Notes: a model not told the origin generated them from the letters alone. Positions 33,683-42,814 are shown, numbered from the stretch's first letter. The stretch: DNA of 64,000 nt from Acidimicrobiia bacterium (GCA_035544615.1 DATKEA010000126.1:50-64049), one strand, 5' to 3'. Translations and numbers: made by a program.

Positions 33683-35851
33683 GTGAAGAAACCGGATTTC
33701 CGGCGATGGCGGAGTGGCGGCACGACCCGGACTCGCCCCTCAGCCGATCAGCCACGGGCCAGCGGGGCCAGGCAGCCCTCGAAGGGACCGTGGATTCTAT
33801 GGTTGCTGGGAGCGAGTTTCGTCGTCATGGCGGTGATGGTGGCCTTCATGATGCCCGGCCCATCCACATTCCATGCAAGCTCCTCACTCGTCCTCGTCCT
33901 CGATTCGCCTCTCGTGGCCGTCGACGAGGCCGTGGACCGTCTCGATTCGGCGGACACGGGCAACGCGGTCGGGACCCTGGCCCAAATGCTGAGCAACCGG
34001 GACCTGCATGTTCAGGCGATGGAGGACGTGGGAATCGATTCCAGCGAGGCAGACCAATTCCAGGTGACGGTGACGAGCCCGCGGAACGCCTTGATCGCGA
34101 CAGTCGACGTCGCCGGTCCCCGCCCCGTGGTAGTACAGATAGCTGGTGAGATCGGGAGGCAGGCAGCGGCAATCGCCGAAGGTGCATTTCCCGGTCTCGT
34201 CCTGGAAGAAAGGCCCTCGTCTGTTCCGACGACGGGCGGTGAGGCTGGCGGAAACCCGATCGTGAGCACGGTTCTGGGATTCCTCGCTGCTCTGGCGATC
34301 GTGGGCGGGGCCTTTGTCAAGAACTCGAAGGCGAGATGGTCCCTCGCGGGACTGAAAGCCGTTCTGCACGATTGGATCGATGGAGAGGCGGTCCCCAGCC
34401 GCACCAGATTCGGGCCCGGGCCCGATGCCCGGATCACCGTGCTAGCCCTCGCTGCAGTCTCAGCCGTTCTCGTCCTCACCCCCGGTCACGTCGTCTGGCT
34501 GGGGCTGGGCGCCGCGGCTGGACTGTCGATGCTTCTCGCTCTGCGTTTCTCCCGACTGCTCGTCATCGGGCTGGTGGTCCTGGTCCTCTTCAACTTGTCC
34601 GACATAGGCACCGACTTCTTCGGTCTACCCGGGATGTCGGTGCCATACACACTCTCGGTGATTGTCGTGCTGGCGATACGGACCTGGGTGCTGGGCGAGG
34701 ATCGCCGATCCTGGCTCGGGTTGGCCATTGCCATTGCCGCACTGGTGGCGGTGATGTCAATCTCCGGCATTTTTGCCGAGGACCAGGCAGTGGCATTCGA
34801 GCGCACCGTCGACCTGGTCAAGAACGGGTTGCTCCTTCTACTCATTGTCGTCCTGATCCGCGACCTGAAGGATCTGCGGCGGGTGATCTGGGTGCTGATC
34901 ATCGGCACGTCCTTCCTCTCACTGTTGGGCATTTCACGAAGCGTGATGGGGGGCATTCCTGGTCTTCTCGAAGGCTTCTCCCAGGTCGTGAACGAAGTGG
35001 TGGACGAGGAGGTCGTTGGGTTCCGTATCGCCGGGCCTCTTGGTGACGCCAACTTCTTCGGCCAGTTTCTGGTCTTGGTGTTCCCGTTTGCCTTGGAACG
35101 GGCGTTCCGGGCCCGCGTCTTGGTTCCGAGGGTCACGGCAGCGCTGGCGACGCTTCTGATCGCCGGCGCTGTGGTCTTCACCTACTCGCGTGGCGCGCTC
35201 ATCGGGCTCGTGGTCGCCATCGTGGTCGCACTGGTCTTCATCAGACCGGCTCTCCGGACCGTTGTGGTCGCGCTCTTCGTGTCGGCTCTCGTCCTGTTCC
35301 TGACACCGAGCCAGTACTTCGATCGAATCGGGAGCCTCGGCCAGGTTCTGCAGATAGGGTCGGGAACCGGCGTCCAGGACCCTTCCCTCCAGGGGCGCTT
35401 CGGCGAGATGGTGGTCGGGATGGAGATGTTCCACGACTACCCCTTCACCGGAGTCGGCCCCGGGAACTATCCCAGCCGATACGTGGAGTACTCGTCGGGC
35501 CTTGGCATCGACTACAGACTCGAGCTGCGCCAGCCGCACAGTCTCCCCATCGAGGTGGCCGCGGAGTTGGGGATCCTGGGTCTCACCTGGTGGACGATCG
35601 CGGCCTATCTACTGGGATCACGTCTGTTGCGGGCGAGACGGTTCGCTGCGATGGATGAAGACGAGGAGTTGAAGCACTGCCTGGAGGCTCTCTGCGTTTC
35701 GTTCGCCGGGTTCGCCGCCACGTCTCTGTTCCTCCACCTTGCCTTCTCACGCTCGCTGTGGATGATGGTGGGTGTCGCCGTGGGGGCGATCGGGTTGACT
35801 CGATCACAGTTGGATCGGACCACCTTGCTCCTGGAGCGCCAGGCGAGATGA
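33683..35851 (+). CDS. fusion of a Wzz-like N-terminal domain with an O-antigen polymerase/ligase (Wzy_C) membrane domain
   Basis: N-terminal TM helix plus periplasmic domain, then more than 10 TM helices including FTYSRGALIGLVVAIVVAL (Wzy_C-like). GTG start. Confidence 0.75.
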   Translation: MKKPDFRRWRSGGTTRTRPSADQPRASGARQPSKGPWILWLLGASFVVMAVMVAFMMPGPSTFHASSSLVLVLDSPLVAVDEAVDRLDSADTGNAVGTLAQMLSNRDLHVQAMEDVGIDSSEADQFQVTVTSPRNALIATVDVAGPRPVVVQIAGEIGRQAAAIAEGAFPGLVLEERPSSVPTTGGEAGGNPIVSTVLGFLAALAIVGGAFVKNSKARWSLAGLKAVLHDWIDGEAVPSRTRFGPGPDARITVLALAAVSAVLVLTPGHVVWLGLGAAAGLSMLLALRFSRLLVIGLVVLVLFNLSDIGTDFFGLPGMSVPYTLSVIVVLAIRTWVLGEDRRSWLGLAIAIAALVAVMSISGIFAEDQAVAFERTVDLVKNGLLLLLIVVLIRDLKDLRRVIWVLIIGTSFLSLLGISRSVMGGIPGLLEGFSQVVNEVVDEEVVGFRIAGPLGDANFFGQFLVLVFPFALERAFRARVLVPRVTAALATLLIAGAVVFTYSRGALIGLVVAIVVALVFIRPALRTVVVALFVSALVLFLTPSQYFDRIGSLGQVLQIGSGTGVQDPSLQGRFGEMVVGMEMFHDYPFTGVGPGNYPSRYVEYSSGLGIDYRLELRQPHSLPIEVAAELGILGLTWWTIAAYLLGSRLLRARRFAAMDEDEELKHCLEALCVSFAGFAATSLFLHLAFSRSLWMMVGVAVGAIGLTRSQLDRTTLLLERQAR

Positions 35852-37038
35852 GCTGGCGTCGACTCATGGTCGCTTCCCTCGGCACGATCGGGTACGTGCT
35901 GATCGGGTACCCGGCTGCCGCCATCGGGCTGTCGCGTCTCTTCGGACGTGACCGCCGTTACGAAACGGGCGCCGTCGTTCCCAGCATCACCGTGGTCGTC
36001 GCCGCCTACAACGAGGAGGCGGTGATCGCGGATCGGATCGAGAACCTGCTCGCGGCCGATTACCCGCGGGACCGGCTCTCGGTCATCGTCGCGGCGGACG
36101 GCTCGGACGACCGCACCGCCGAGATCGCGGGGTCGTTCAGACAACAGGGGGTCCTGGTTCTCGCGAACGGCTCGAGGCGGGGCAAACCAGCGGCAATCAA
36201 TCGGGCGATCAGAGAAGTGAGCTCGGATGTCGTCGTCTTCTCAGACGCCAATAACCAGTACGAGGCGGATGGCCTGACTCGCCTGGTGGCCCCGTTCTCC
36301 CACCCCCGAGTCGGGGCGGTGACCGGGGCCAAGCGGGTCAGGGCGTCCGACAGCCTGACCGGTGCCGGCGAGGGCCTCTACTGGAGGTATGAGTCGCTGA
36401 TCAAGACCGCCGAGAGCCGACTGGGGTCCTGCGTCGGGGTCAACGGCGAGATGTTCGCGGTGCGGGCAGGGCTCATCGACCACGTGCCTGAGGAGATCAT
36501 CAACGACGACTCGTACATGGCGATGCATGTGCTCAAGGCGGGATTCGACGTCGTGTACCAGCCCGACGCGATCTCCTGGGAGCCTGCCTCGGAGACGGGC
36601 GACGACGACAGGCTTCGCCGGGAGAGAATCGTGGCGGGGCGAATCCAGGCGCTGGCGAGGGCGCCCCAGATCGTTCCATGGAGACGGCCGGTGGTCGCTT
36701 GGCAGATTGTGTCGCACAAGCTCCTGCGCCCCTTCATCCCCCTCCTGGCCGGGGTTGCTCTGGTCTCGACCCTGGCATCACTCAGGGATGCGGTCCGCAA
36801 TCGCCGGGCACTGGTGCTCCCGGTGACGGCCCTGATCAGCCAACTCGTCGTCTACCTCGCTGCCTGGGTCGGAAGGCATAGCGCCCGGCCCGGACGTCTT
36901 GCCAAAGCTGCTGCATACCTGGTCGACTCCAACCGGGCTTCGCTAGCGGGGACCATCGGGTACCTGCGCGGGCGCCAAGACGTACTCTGGGTCAAGGCGC
37001 AGCGGGCCGCCGATGAACCGCAGACCCAAGCTCGATGA
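35848..37038 (+). CDS. GT2-family glycosyltransferase
   Basis: ITVVVAAYNEEAVIADRIENLLAADYPRDRLSVIVAADGSDDRT, a DxD-type FSDANN motif and QRxRW-like RRERIVAG. ATGA overlap with the upstream gene. Confidence 0.85.
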   Translation: MSWRRLMVASLGTIGYVLIGYPAAAIGLSRLFGRDRRYETGAVVPSITVVVAAYNEEAVIADRIENLLAADYPRDRLSVIVAADGSDDRTAEIAGSFRQQGVLVLANGSRRGKPAAINRAIREVSSDVVVFSDANNQYEADGLTRLVAPFSHPRVGAVTGAKRVRASDSLTGAGEGLYWRYESLIKTAESRLGSCVGVNGEMFAVRAGLIDHVPEEIINDDSYMAMHVLKAGFDVVYQPDAISWEPASETGDDDRLRRERIVAGRIQALARAPQIVPWRRPVVAWQIVSHKLLRPFIPLLAGVALVSTLASLRDAVRNRRALVLPVTALISQLVVYLAAWVGRHSARPGRLAKAAAYLVDSNRASLAGTIGYLRGRQDVLWVKAQRAADEPQTQAR

Positions 37039-38195
37039 CCCGCTCGACAAGTGGCCGGTTGTCCCCGGGTCGGATCCGGGTCCTGTTCGTGATCGATTCC
37101 CTTGGTCCAGGTGGGGCGGAACGGACCCTTAGGCGGGTCGTCGAATTCATCGACCCGACCAACTTCGAGTGCCGGGTCGCCGTTCTTCAGGTCAGGGAAG
37201 GCAATTCCGTGGCAGATGAGATCCGGGATCTCGGAGTCCCGGTCGACCTGGTCCGGGTCGACCGACTCAGATCCCTGGCCGGGCATGCACGGCTCCTCCG
37301 ATACCTCCTCGCTTACCGTCCGAGCATCATCCACACCCACCTGGAGTTCTCGCACACACTCGGCGGTATCTACGGTCGATTGGTCGGGGCCAGGCCGATT
37401 GGGACCATCCACACTTTCGCCCTTGGGAGGGCGTCGCGCGAAAAGAAGCGGCTGGGCTTGATGTGGTTCTCTCTCCGCAACACCCACGTCAAGGTCGTTG
37501 CCCCTTCCCGATCGGGGATGGTTCACGCCGAGGCCGTGGGAAGGATCCCGGCCGACCGGCTCGTGGTGCTGCACAACGGGGTAGACCTGGAGACGTTCAC
37601 GCCCGACGCTTCGCCCCGGGCACGGGTCCGAGAGGAGCTTGGCATCGCCGCTGGCTCACCGCTGTTGATCACCGTCGCTGTCCTGCGCAGTGGCAAGGGA
37701 ATCAACGATCTCGTCTCAGCCATGTCCGAGATCCTCAATTCGATCCCGGACGCCATGGCGTTGATCGTCGGCGACGGCGATGAACTTGTCGCCCTCCAGC
37801 GGCTGGCAGGGGAGGCAGGAGTGGCAGACCGGGTCGTCTTCACCGGCAGCCGCGATGATGTCGGGGTCTTACTGTCTGCATCGGATGTCTTCGTCCTGCC
37901 CACGCATGAGGACCTGCTTCCGACGGTGGTCGCCGAGGCGATGGCCGCCGGTTTGCCAGTCGTGGCGAGTGACGTGGGCGGGTTGCGCGACATGGTCGAC
38001 GAGGACGTCACGGGGATCCTCTACCCGGCCGGGGACATCCCGGCGCTGACTCAGGCATGTGTCGAGCTGCTCGACGACAGTTTCCGCCGTGAGTCGTTGG
38101 GCAGAGCCGGCCGACTCGTTGCACAGGAGAAGTTCGACATCCGAAAACACGTCGAGGCGCTCCAGCGGCTCTACGTGGAAAGCTCCAGAGGATGA
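37035..38195 (+). CDS. GT4-family glycosyltransferase
   Basis: VLFVIDSLGPGGAER N-terminus and HEDLLPTVVAEAMAAGLPVVASDVGGLRDMV C-terminal motif. 4-nt overlap with neighbours. Confidence 0.85.
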   Translation: MTRSTSGRLSPGRIRVLFVIDSLGPGGAERTLRRVVEFIDPTNFECRVAVLQVREGNSVADEIRDLGVPVDLVRVDRLRSLAGHARLLRYLLAYRPSIIHTHLEFSHTLGGIYGRLVGARPIGTIHTFALGRASREKKRLGLMWFSLRNTHVKVVAPSRSGMVHAEAVGRIPADRLVVLHNGVDLETFTPDASPRARVREELGIAAGSPLLITVAVLRSGKGINDLVSAMSEILNSIPDAMALIVGDGDELVALQRLAGEAGVADRVVFTGSRDDVGVLLSASDVFVLPTHEDLLPTVVAEAMAAGLPVVASDVGGLRDMVDEDVTGILYPAGDIPALTQACVELLDDSFRRESLGRAGRLVAQEKFDIRKHVEALQRLYVESSRG

Positions 38196-39316
38196 GCGGA
38201 GAGGAGAGGGTGGGCCCGGTCCTCCTGGTGGACTTGGCCAAGGGACTCGGCGGCGCGGAGGTGCGAGTCGTCGACACCGCCTTACTGCTGGCAGAAAGCG
38301 TCGAGTGCTCGATCGTCGCCCTGGAAGACACACCGCTTCATCGCCGGGCGAAGGCAGCCGGGATTCCGGTCCATCCACTCCGGTACCAGCGTCACGATCC
38401 GAGGATCGTTGGGGCCGTGCGTGATCTGATTCGATCTCATCGGTACCGTGTCGTCGACGCACACAACGTGCAGTCGCAATTGTGGGGGCTCCTTGCAGCC
38501 AGGGCCGAGCGACTGCCGGGTCGAGTCTCGACCGTGCACAGCGAGTATCGATTCGAGAACCCCGGTCCCAAAGGCCGCGCCCACGAGCAGGTTTTGAGAA
38601 GAAACATGGCGTGGGGATCGAGTTTCGTGGCGGTCAGCGAGGGCATCGCCCGGTACCTGAGGGACGTCCTCGGCCCACAGCCCCAGATCGAGCTCATCAG
38701 GCGCGCTTTCCCTGTTCCCCGGCCCCCAGCCGGAGCACAGATACGTCGTTCCGACCTCGGGTGGGACGAACAAGACTTCGTGGTGGGTGTGATCGGGCGC
38801 CTCGCGATCGCAAAAGGTCACCCGGTCCTCTTCCAGGCGTTGTCGATCCTCCGTGAAAAGGGGGTGAGGCTTCGGTGCTACATCGTGGGCGAAGGGGCGG
38901 AGCGGGAGAGTCTGGAACGCGAGGTTCGCTCGTCCGGTTTGCTCGACAGCGTCCACTTCGCCGGCTTTCGGGAAGATGTAGGTGCAGCCCTCGATTTCAT
39001 CGATCTGCTTTGCCTCCCTTCCCTCAGCGAGGGGCTTCCCAATGTCGTGCTCGAAGCCGTCGTATCCCAAGTACCGCTGGTCGCCACCTCGGTGGGTGAG
39101 ATCCCTTCGCTCTTGCGAGACGGCAAAGATGCCCTGCTCGTTCCACCCAACGACCCTGTGGCCCTGGCAGCCGCCTTGGAGCGAGCCCGAGCGTCATCGG
39201 AGCGGCTCTCTCGACTCGCCGATTCGGCGTATGACACACTGGCGAAGGCTCTGAGCGGTGACTGGATCGCGCAGACGATCGAGCACTATTGGCGGGCTCA
39301 ACGATCACCACGGTGA
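38192..39316 (+). CDS. GT4-family glycosyltransferase
   Basis: SLSEGLPNVVLEAVVSQVPLVATSVGEIPSLLRDGKDALLVPP is the E(x7)E-type GT-B motif. Confidence 0.85.
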   Translation: MSGEERVGPVLLVDLAKGLGGAEVRVVDTALLLAESVECSIVALEDTPLHRRAKAAGIPVHPLRYQRHDPRIVGAVRDLIRSHRYRVVDAHNVQSQLWGLLAARAERLPGRVSTVHSEYRFENPGPKGRAHEQVLRRNMAWGSSFVAVSEGIARYLRDVLGPQPQIELIRRAFPVPRPPAGAQIRRSDLGWDEQDFVVGVIGRLAIAKGHPVLFQALSILREKGVRLRCYIVGEGAERESLEREVRSSGLLDSVHFAGFREDVGAALDFIDLLCLPSLSEGLPNVVLEAVVSQVPLVATSVGEIPSLLRDGKDALLVPPNDPVALAAALERARASSERLSRLADSAYDTLAKALSGDWIAQTIEHYWRAQRSPR

Positions 39317-39415
39317 CGGCAGGCGCCGAGTCCCCTTGGCCCAGATGCGCGGGAAGCGATGCCACCGGACACGATCGACAACCGCCTCGCCGCCCACCAA
39401 GCCAGGGGCGAGTCG

Positions 39416-39432
39416 CACGTCCCGTTTCCCTA
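39416..39432 (+). repeat. R8, exact consensus copy
   Basis: cacgtcccgtttcccta, between convergent genes. Its last 3 nt are the methyltransferase stop codon on the other strand. Confidence 0.9.
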
Positions 39433-40149
39433 GGCCGGTGGGGGTCTTCTCCTTGGGCGCCATGCGACGAAGTATGCGATCGAGCCGGAGACCTCTATCT
39501 CCACTTCGTCGAAGGAGGCTTCAAGCATCTTTCGGAGACCGTCAACGTCGTCTTCGCTGTTGTCGAATCCGCCGTGAAGGTTCGCCACGCGCAAGAACAT
39601 CCTTGCCGCCCACGCGTGTTCTGCGGACAACCCAAGCACTGTGCCGCCGAAGAGCACGCCATTGTTGGTCAGGACTGCGGCGATGTGCTCGATGGCCGGA
39701 ACCTTGGCCGCCATGGGCCCGGGGAGGCAGTGGATCACGTGGGCAAGCGCTGCTGAGTCGAACGTCCCCTTGACCGGAAGGGGCTCGAGCACGCTGGCCT
39801 TGATCGTCTTGGGATTCCACTTGGCCAAGGTTTGGGTGCAGTGGTCGAGCACGTGAGGATTCGGGTCGACGAGGGTCAACTCGATGTCATCTGGAGGCTC
39901 CGACTCGGCGATGAACCACCCTGTCCCCGGCCCGACGTCCAAGTGCCGATGCCCCATGTGCTTCCTGTAGACCTCAATCCCGGGATCCGATCCCGTTTTC
40001 CAGACTCGAGGGGCCATGAACCCGACCACCCACGGGTCATACCACCTCAGAAAACGGGGCGTGTAGTCCTTGAAGCCTTTGTAACCAGGCTCATTCGGGT
40101 CCGACGTGACCGACCTCCTTCGCCCTCGACCCGCCAAGGTACATCTCAA
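39430..40149 (-). CDS. class I SAM-dependent methyltransferase
   Basis: HLDVGPGTGWF motif I. The stop TAG is formed by the last 3 nt of repeat copy R8. The start is uncertain: TTG 40149 directly follows the HEPN stop, and AAGGAGG sits at 40114-40120. Confidence 0.7.
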   Translation of the reverse strand: MRCTLAGRGRRRSVTSDPNEPGYKGFKDYTPRFLRWYDPWVVGFMAPRVWKTGSDPGIEVYRKHMGHRHLDVGPGTGWFIAESEPPDDIELTLVDPNPHVLDHCTQTLAKWNPKTIKASVLEPLPVKGTFDSAALAHVIHCLPGPMAAKVPAIEHIAAVLTNNGVLFGGTVLGLSAEHAWAARMFLRVANLHGGFDNSEDDVDGLRKMLEASFDEVEIEVSGSIAYFVAWRPRRRPPPA

Positions 40150-40150
40150 C

Positions 40151-40573
40151 CTAGGTCTGTCGGGCGCAGGCCTCGAGGATTGCTCCGGCTGACCTGATGG
40201 CCTCAACGACTTCAGCCTTGCCGAAGCTCCTCGACCCGTACTCAGATCGGTTCCTCTCGCGGCGAAGACGGTCGAACTGTTCGAGAGCGGGTTCGCCGGT
40301 CTCCCTGGCGAGGACTTTGGCATATTGAGCGAGCGCCTGATGGGACCCTGGCCGGCTGCGCACCCTGCGCCCGGTCATCAACAAGGCGGCAGCGACGGCT
40401 TTGCGGGCGGCGTCATATGCCAAGACGTATGCGCCCGAGGGGTCCATGGTTTGGATGGCCTGTGCGGCTTCGAGATGACGTCTCGCATCGCTGATCCACT
40501 GCTCGGCCATCGGCCGGTCTGATTCGACGGCCTCGATGAGACCTTTGGCGATGAGGTCGTTGAGTTCGCTCAC
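40151..40573 (-). CDS. HEPN-domain protein (toxin-like partner of the MNT)
   Basis: 140-aa all-helical ORF with RLRRERNRSEYG near the C-terminus. 4-nt overlap with the upstream nucleotidyltransferase gene. Confidence 0.7.
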   Translation of the reverse strand: MSELNDLIAKGLIEAVESDRPMAEQWISDARRHLEAAQAIQTMDPSGAYVLAYDAARKAVAAALLMTGRRVRSRPGSHQALAQYAKVLARETGEPALEQFDRLRRERNRSEYGSRSFGKAEVVEAIRSAGAILEACARQT

Positions 40574-41145
40574 ACGAGCTGGATCCGCGGTCGACTCCGT
40601 ACAGCCCGCTCAAACGCTCCGTTAGTGCCAGCCCATTCGTCCTCGGATCGCAAGACCACGTTGATCGGCCTTCCCACCTCTACTTCAACTGCCGAAACCG
40701 CGCCGTAAACCTGCCCAGGATCCGGTTCTCCTATCACCATGAGATCGATGTCGTGTGGTGCCATCTGGTCGGGGTCGGCCCAGGACCCGAAGATGAATGC
40801 TTCTTTGATGCCATCGATCGTGGCCAGAGCCTCCCGCAGTAGGGGTTCTGGTCCCATCGACTTGGTCAGAAGGCTGCGGAGCTCCGTGTAAACAGGAGAG
40901 GACCGGTTTGGTTCGACAAGACGGGATCTGCCCGAAGTCTTGGAAACGACCAAGCCCGATCTCTCGAGCCGTTCCACCTCCTTGTGGACCCCTCCCATCG
41001 ATGTGCCGGTGCGTTGAGCAAGCTGGCTGAGCGAGAGCGGCTCCTGGGCAAAGACGAACAGTTCGGCCAGCAATCGTTCTTGCTCTGGTGATTTGAAGAG
41101 CGGGAGCTCGGATCTAGGTTTCACGAACCATGAATGTAGGTTCAC
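40570..41145 (-). CDS. winged-HTH + minimal nucleotidyltransferase (MNT) protein
   Basis: LSQLAQRTGTSMGGVHKEVERLERSGLV (wHTH) and AFIFGSWAD...DIDLMVIG (GS...DxD NTase motif). Confidence 0.75.
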   Translation of the reverse strand: MNLHSWFVKPRSELPLFKSPEQERLLAELFVFAQEPLSLSQLAQRTGTSMGGVHKEVERLERSGLVVSKTSGRSRLVEPNRSSPVYTELRSLLTKSMGPEPLLREALATIDGIKEAFIFGSWADPDQMAPHDIDLMVIGEPDPGQVYGAVSAVEVEVGRPINVVLRSEDEWAGTNGAFERAVRSRPRIQLV

Positions 41146-41293
41146 GCAGAGTGAAAGTCAATTCCCTTCCAGGTTTGACACGGACGTCGGGCTCCTTCCA
41201 GAGACCGAGAGGCGTTCTCTGCTCCGTCCCGTCAGGTCGGCTAGGCCCTCGCGCCTTGTGCCGCAATATGAATAGAAGAGTCCAGCGTCGTCT

Positions 41294-41793
41294 TCACGAT
41301 CCGGACCGGGCGAGATCCAGCCGCAGCAGGTGCTCGGGCTCATCGTCGTCCCACTGGACGTCCCCGACCAGCGTGAAGCCGTAGTGAAGGTAGAACGGCA
41401 GTGGTCCGCCTCGCCTTTCCCACAGCTTGTCCAGAGAATGTCCGCGTTTGGCCGGGTCCGGAGGTATTCGACCACTGCATCGATCGTTGCCGTGCCGAAG
41501 CCCCGACCCTGGGACGCCTGGTCGATGAGAAGGCGCCACAGGTAGTACGGCCCAACCAGATCGTCGCCCAAATCCTCGATGTTGTCGCTGATCATGACGA
41601 AGCCGATCAGCTGCTCTCCGTCATGCACCGACCACATTCGTGGCATGGCCTGCGGCTCGTCTTCGGCGTCCTCGAAGTGGCTCTCCATCGACCCCAGGAA
41701 GCGCTCCTGGCCAGGCGCTCGGCGTAGGCCGAGAACGGCGGCACGATCTTGGTCGGTCACGATGTCACGGAGCTGGACGGTGGTCACGGTCAA
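41294..41793 (-). pseudogene. GNAT N-acetyltransferase disrupted by a frameshift near 41400-41420
   Basis: The frame from 41793 gives WRLLIDQASQGRGFGTATIDAVVEYL...ILWTSCGKGE, then nonsense. The expected C-terminus GGPLPFYLHYGFTLVGDV continues in another frame and ends at 41294. The 500-nt span is not a multiple of 3. Confidence 0.65.
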
Positions 41794-41904
41794 GAACCGA
41801 ACCTAGTCACCGGCGACCTCCCCGCATCTGCGGAAGGGCCGGCCGCGTCGAATGCTCGCTGCGACAGAGTTGATCGATCTCCTGGCTTGAATTGACGCCC
41901 AGCG

Positions 41905-41920
41905 CCCTCCCGTTTCCCTA
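41905..41920 (+). repeat. R9, family copy
   Basis: ccctcccgtttcccta, between divergent genes. Confidence 0.85.
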
Positions 41921-42046
41921 ACCGCAGTGGATCCCAACGGTGCAAACCTCACCTGCTCGTCCGCGGCGCAATCGAGCAGGATTCGAGAAGCCATCTCAAC
42001 GCATAGCCCCTAGTTTCAGGTTGTAACGCCTAAAGGAGGTCGAGAG

Positions 42047-42493
42047 ATGAGCACCACGAAAAAGTCCGGTTCGGACGGTTTCTCGGCGGCGGAGCGTGCC
42101 GCCTTGAAGGCACGCACCCAGGAGCTGAAAGCGCAAGGCCGCAGCGGCCAGAAGAAGGCCGAGAACGAGAGCGCCGTCCTCGACGCGATCGCCGAGATGC
42201 CGGATGTCGATCGCTCGCTTGCCGAACGTATCCACGCCCTCGTCACGGCGAACGCGCCGGAGCTTCTGCCCAAGACCTGGTACGGCATGCCCGCCTACGG
42301 GAATGCGGATGGAAAGGTTGTCTGCTTCTTCAAAGCCGCTGCCAAGTTCGAAGGCCGCTACGCGGTCTTGGGATTCGAAGATGCGGCCACGCTCGACGAG
42401 CACCCCATGTGGCCGGTCGTGTTCGCGATCGTCGAATGGACCCCCGCGGTCGAGAAGAAGGTCCGGGCGCTGGTCAAGGCTGCGGTCGCCTGA
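42047..42493 (+). CDS. DUF1801 (YdhG/iron-chaperone-like) domain protein
   Basis: Strong AGGAGGT RBS. TWYGMPAYGNADGKVVCFFKAAAKF pattern. Confidence 0.7.
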   Translation: MSTTKKSGSDGFSAAERAALKARTQELKAQGRSGQKKAENESAVLDAIAEMPDVDRSLAERIHALVTANAPELLPKTWYGMPAYGNADGKVVCFFKAAAKFEGRYAVLGFEDAATLDEHPMWPVVFAIVEWTPAVEKKVRALVKAAVA

Positions 42494-42561
42494 GCGTCGC
42501 CGCCGGAGAGGGGAGCTCAGACAAGGCTGCGAGCGGGCGTTCGCTCGTACGCGAACGGGCC

Positions 42562-42577
42562 GACCCCCGTTTCCCTA
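42562..42577 (+). repeat. R10a, family copy
   Basis: gacccccgtttcccta, preceded by the hairpin cgttcgc-tcgta-gcgaacg. Confidence 0.85.
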
Positions 42578-42583
42578 GGTCCA

Positions 42584-42597
42584 GGTCCGTTTACCCA
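42584..42597 (+). repeat. R10b, degenerate copy 20 nt after R10a
   Basis: ggtccgtttaccca. Confidence 0.55.
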
Positions 42598-42620
42598 TCC
42601 GCCTGAGATGGAGTGGAGTT

Positions 42621-42814
42621 TCACGGATTGGTTCGGTAGTGGTGGACGCTCGCGCCGGTAGATCTGCAAAAGCTGATTCGTCGGCGGTGAACAGGGTGCG
42701 GTTTGTGGCGCGGAATATGGCCGCGATGAGCGAGTTCGATGCCCACCACCAATTCGGCGACCGTGCCGCAATTGCTATGTCGTCGTCTTCGAGGATCAAC
42801 AGGCAGGCCGCCAT
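42621..42814 (-). pseudogene. vapC: decayed copy of the 5739-6146 vapC gene
   Basis: DNA-level identity blocks to 5739-5855 and 6001-6075. An internal deletion of about 155 nt plus at least two small indels break the frame. The original stop is equivalent to 42621-42623. Confidence 0.7.

Noticed and set aside
39416-39432. The motif as parS, dif or an ECF promoter -10 (CGTT)
   Set aside because: CACGT resembles half of parS (CACGTGAAAC) but the rest does not match, and there is no palindrome. There is no dif-like dyad. No conserved GGAAC-type -35 lies 16-17 nt upstream of the CGTT in the copies.
40048-40066. Minus-strand match cacgccccgttttctgagg to motif copy R1a, inside the methyltransferase gene
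   Set aside because: It lies in coding sequence (YTPRFLRW, a conserved part of the enzyme) and on the opposite strand to all other copies. Weaker in-CDS look-alikes at 26118, 35083 and 44966 were treated as chance in the same way.
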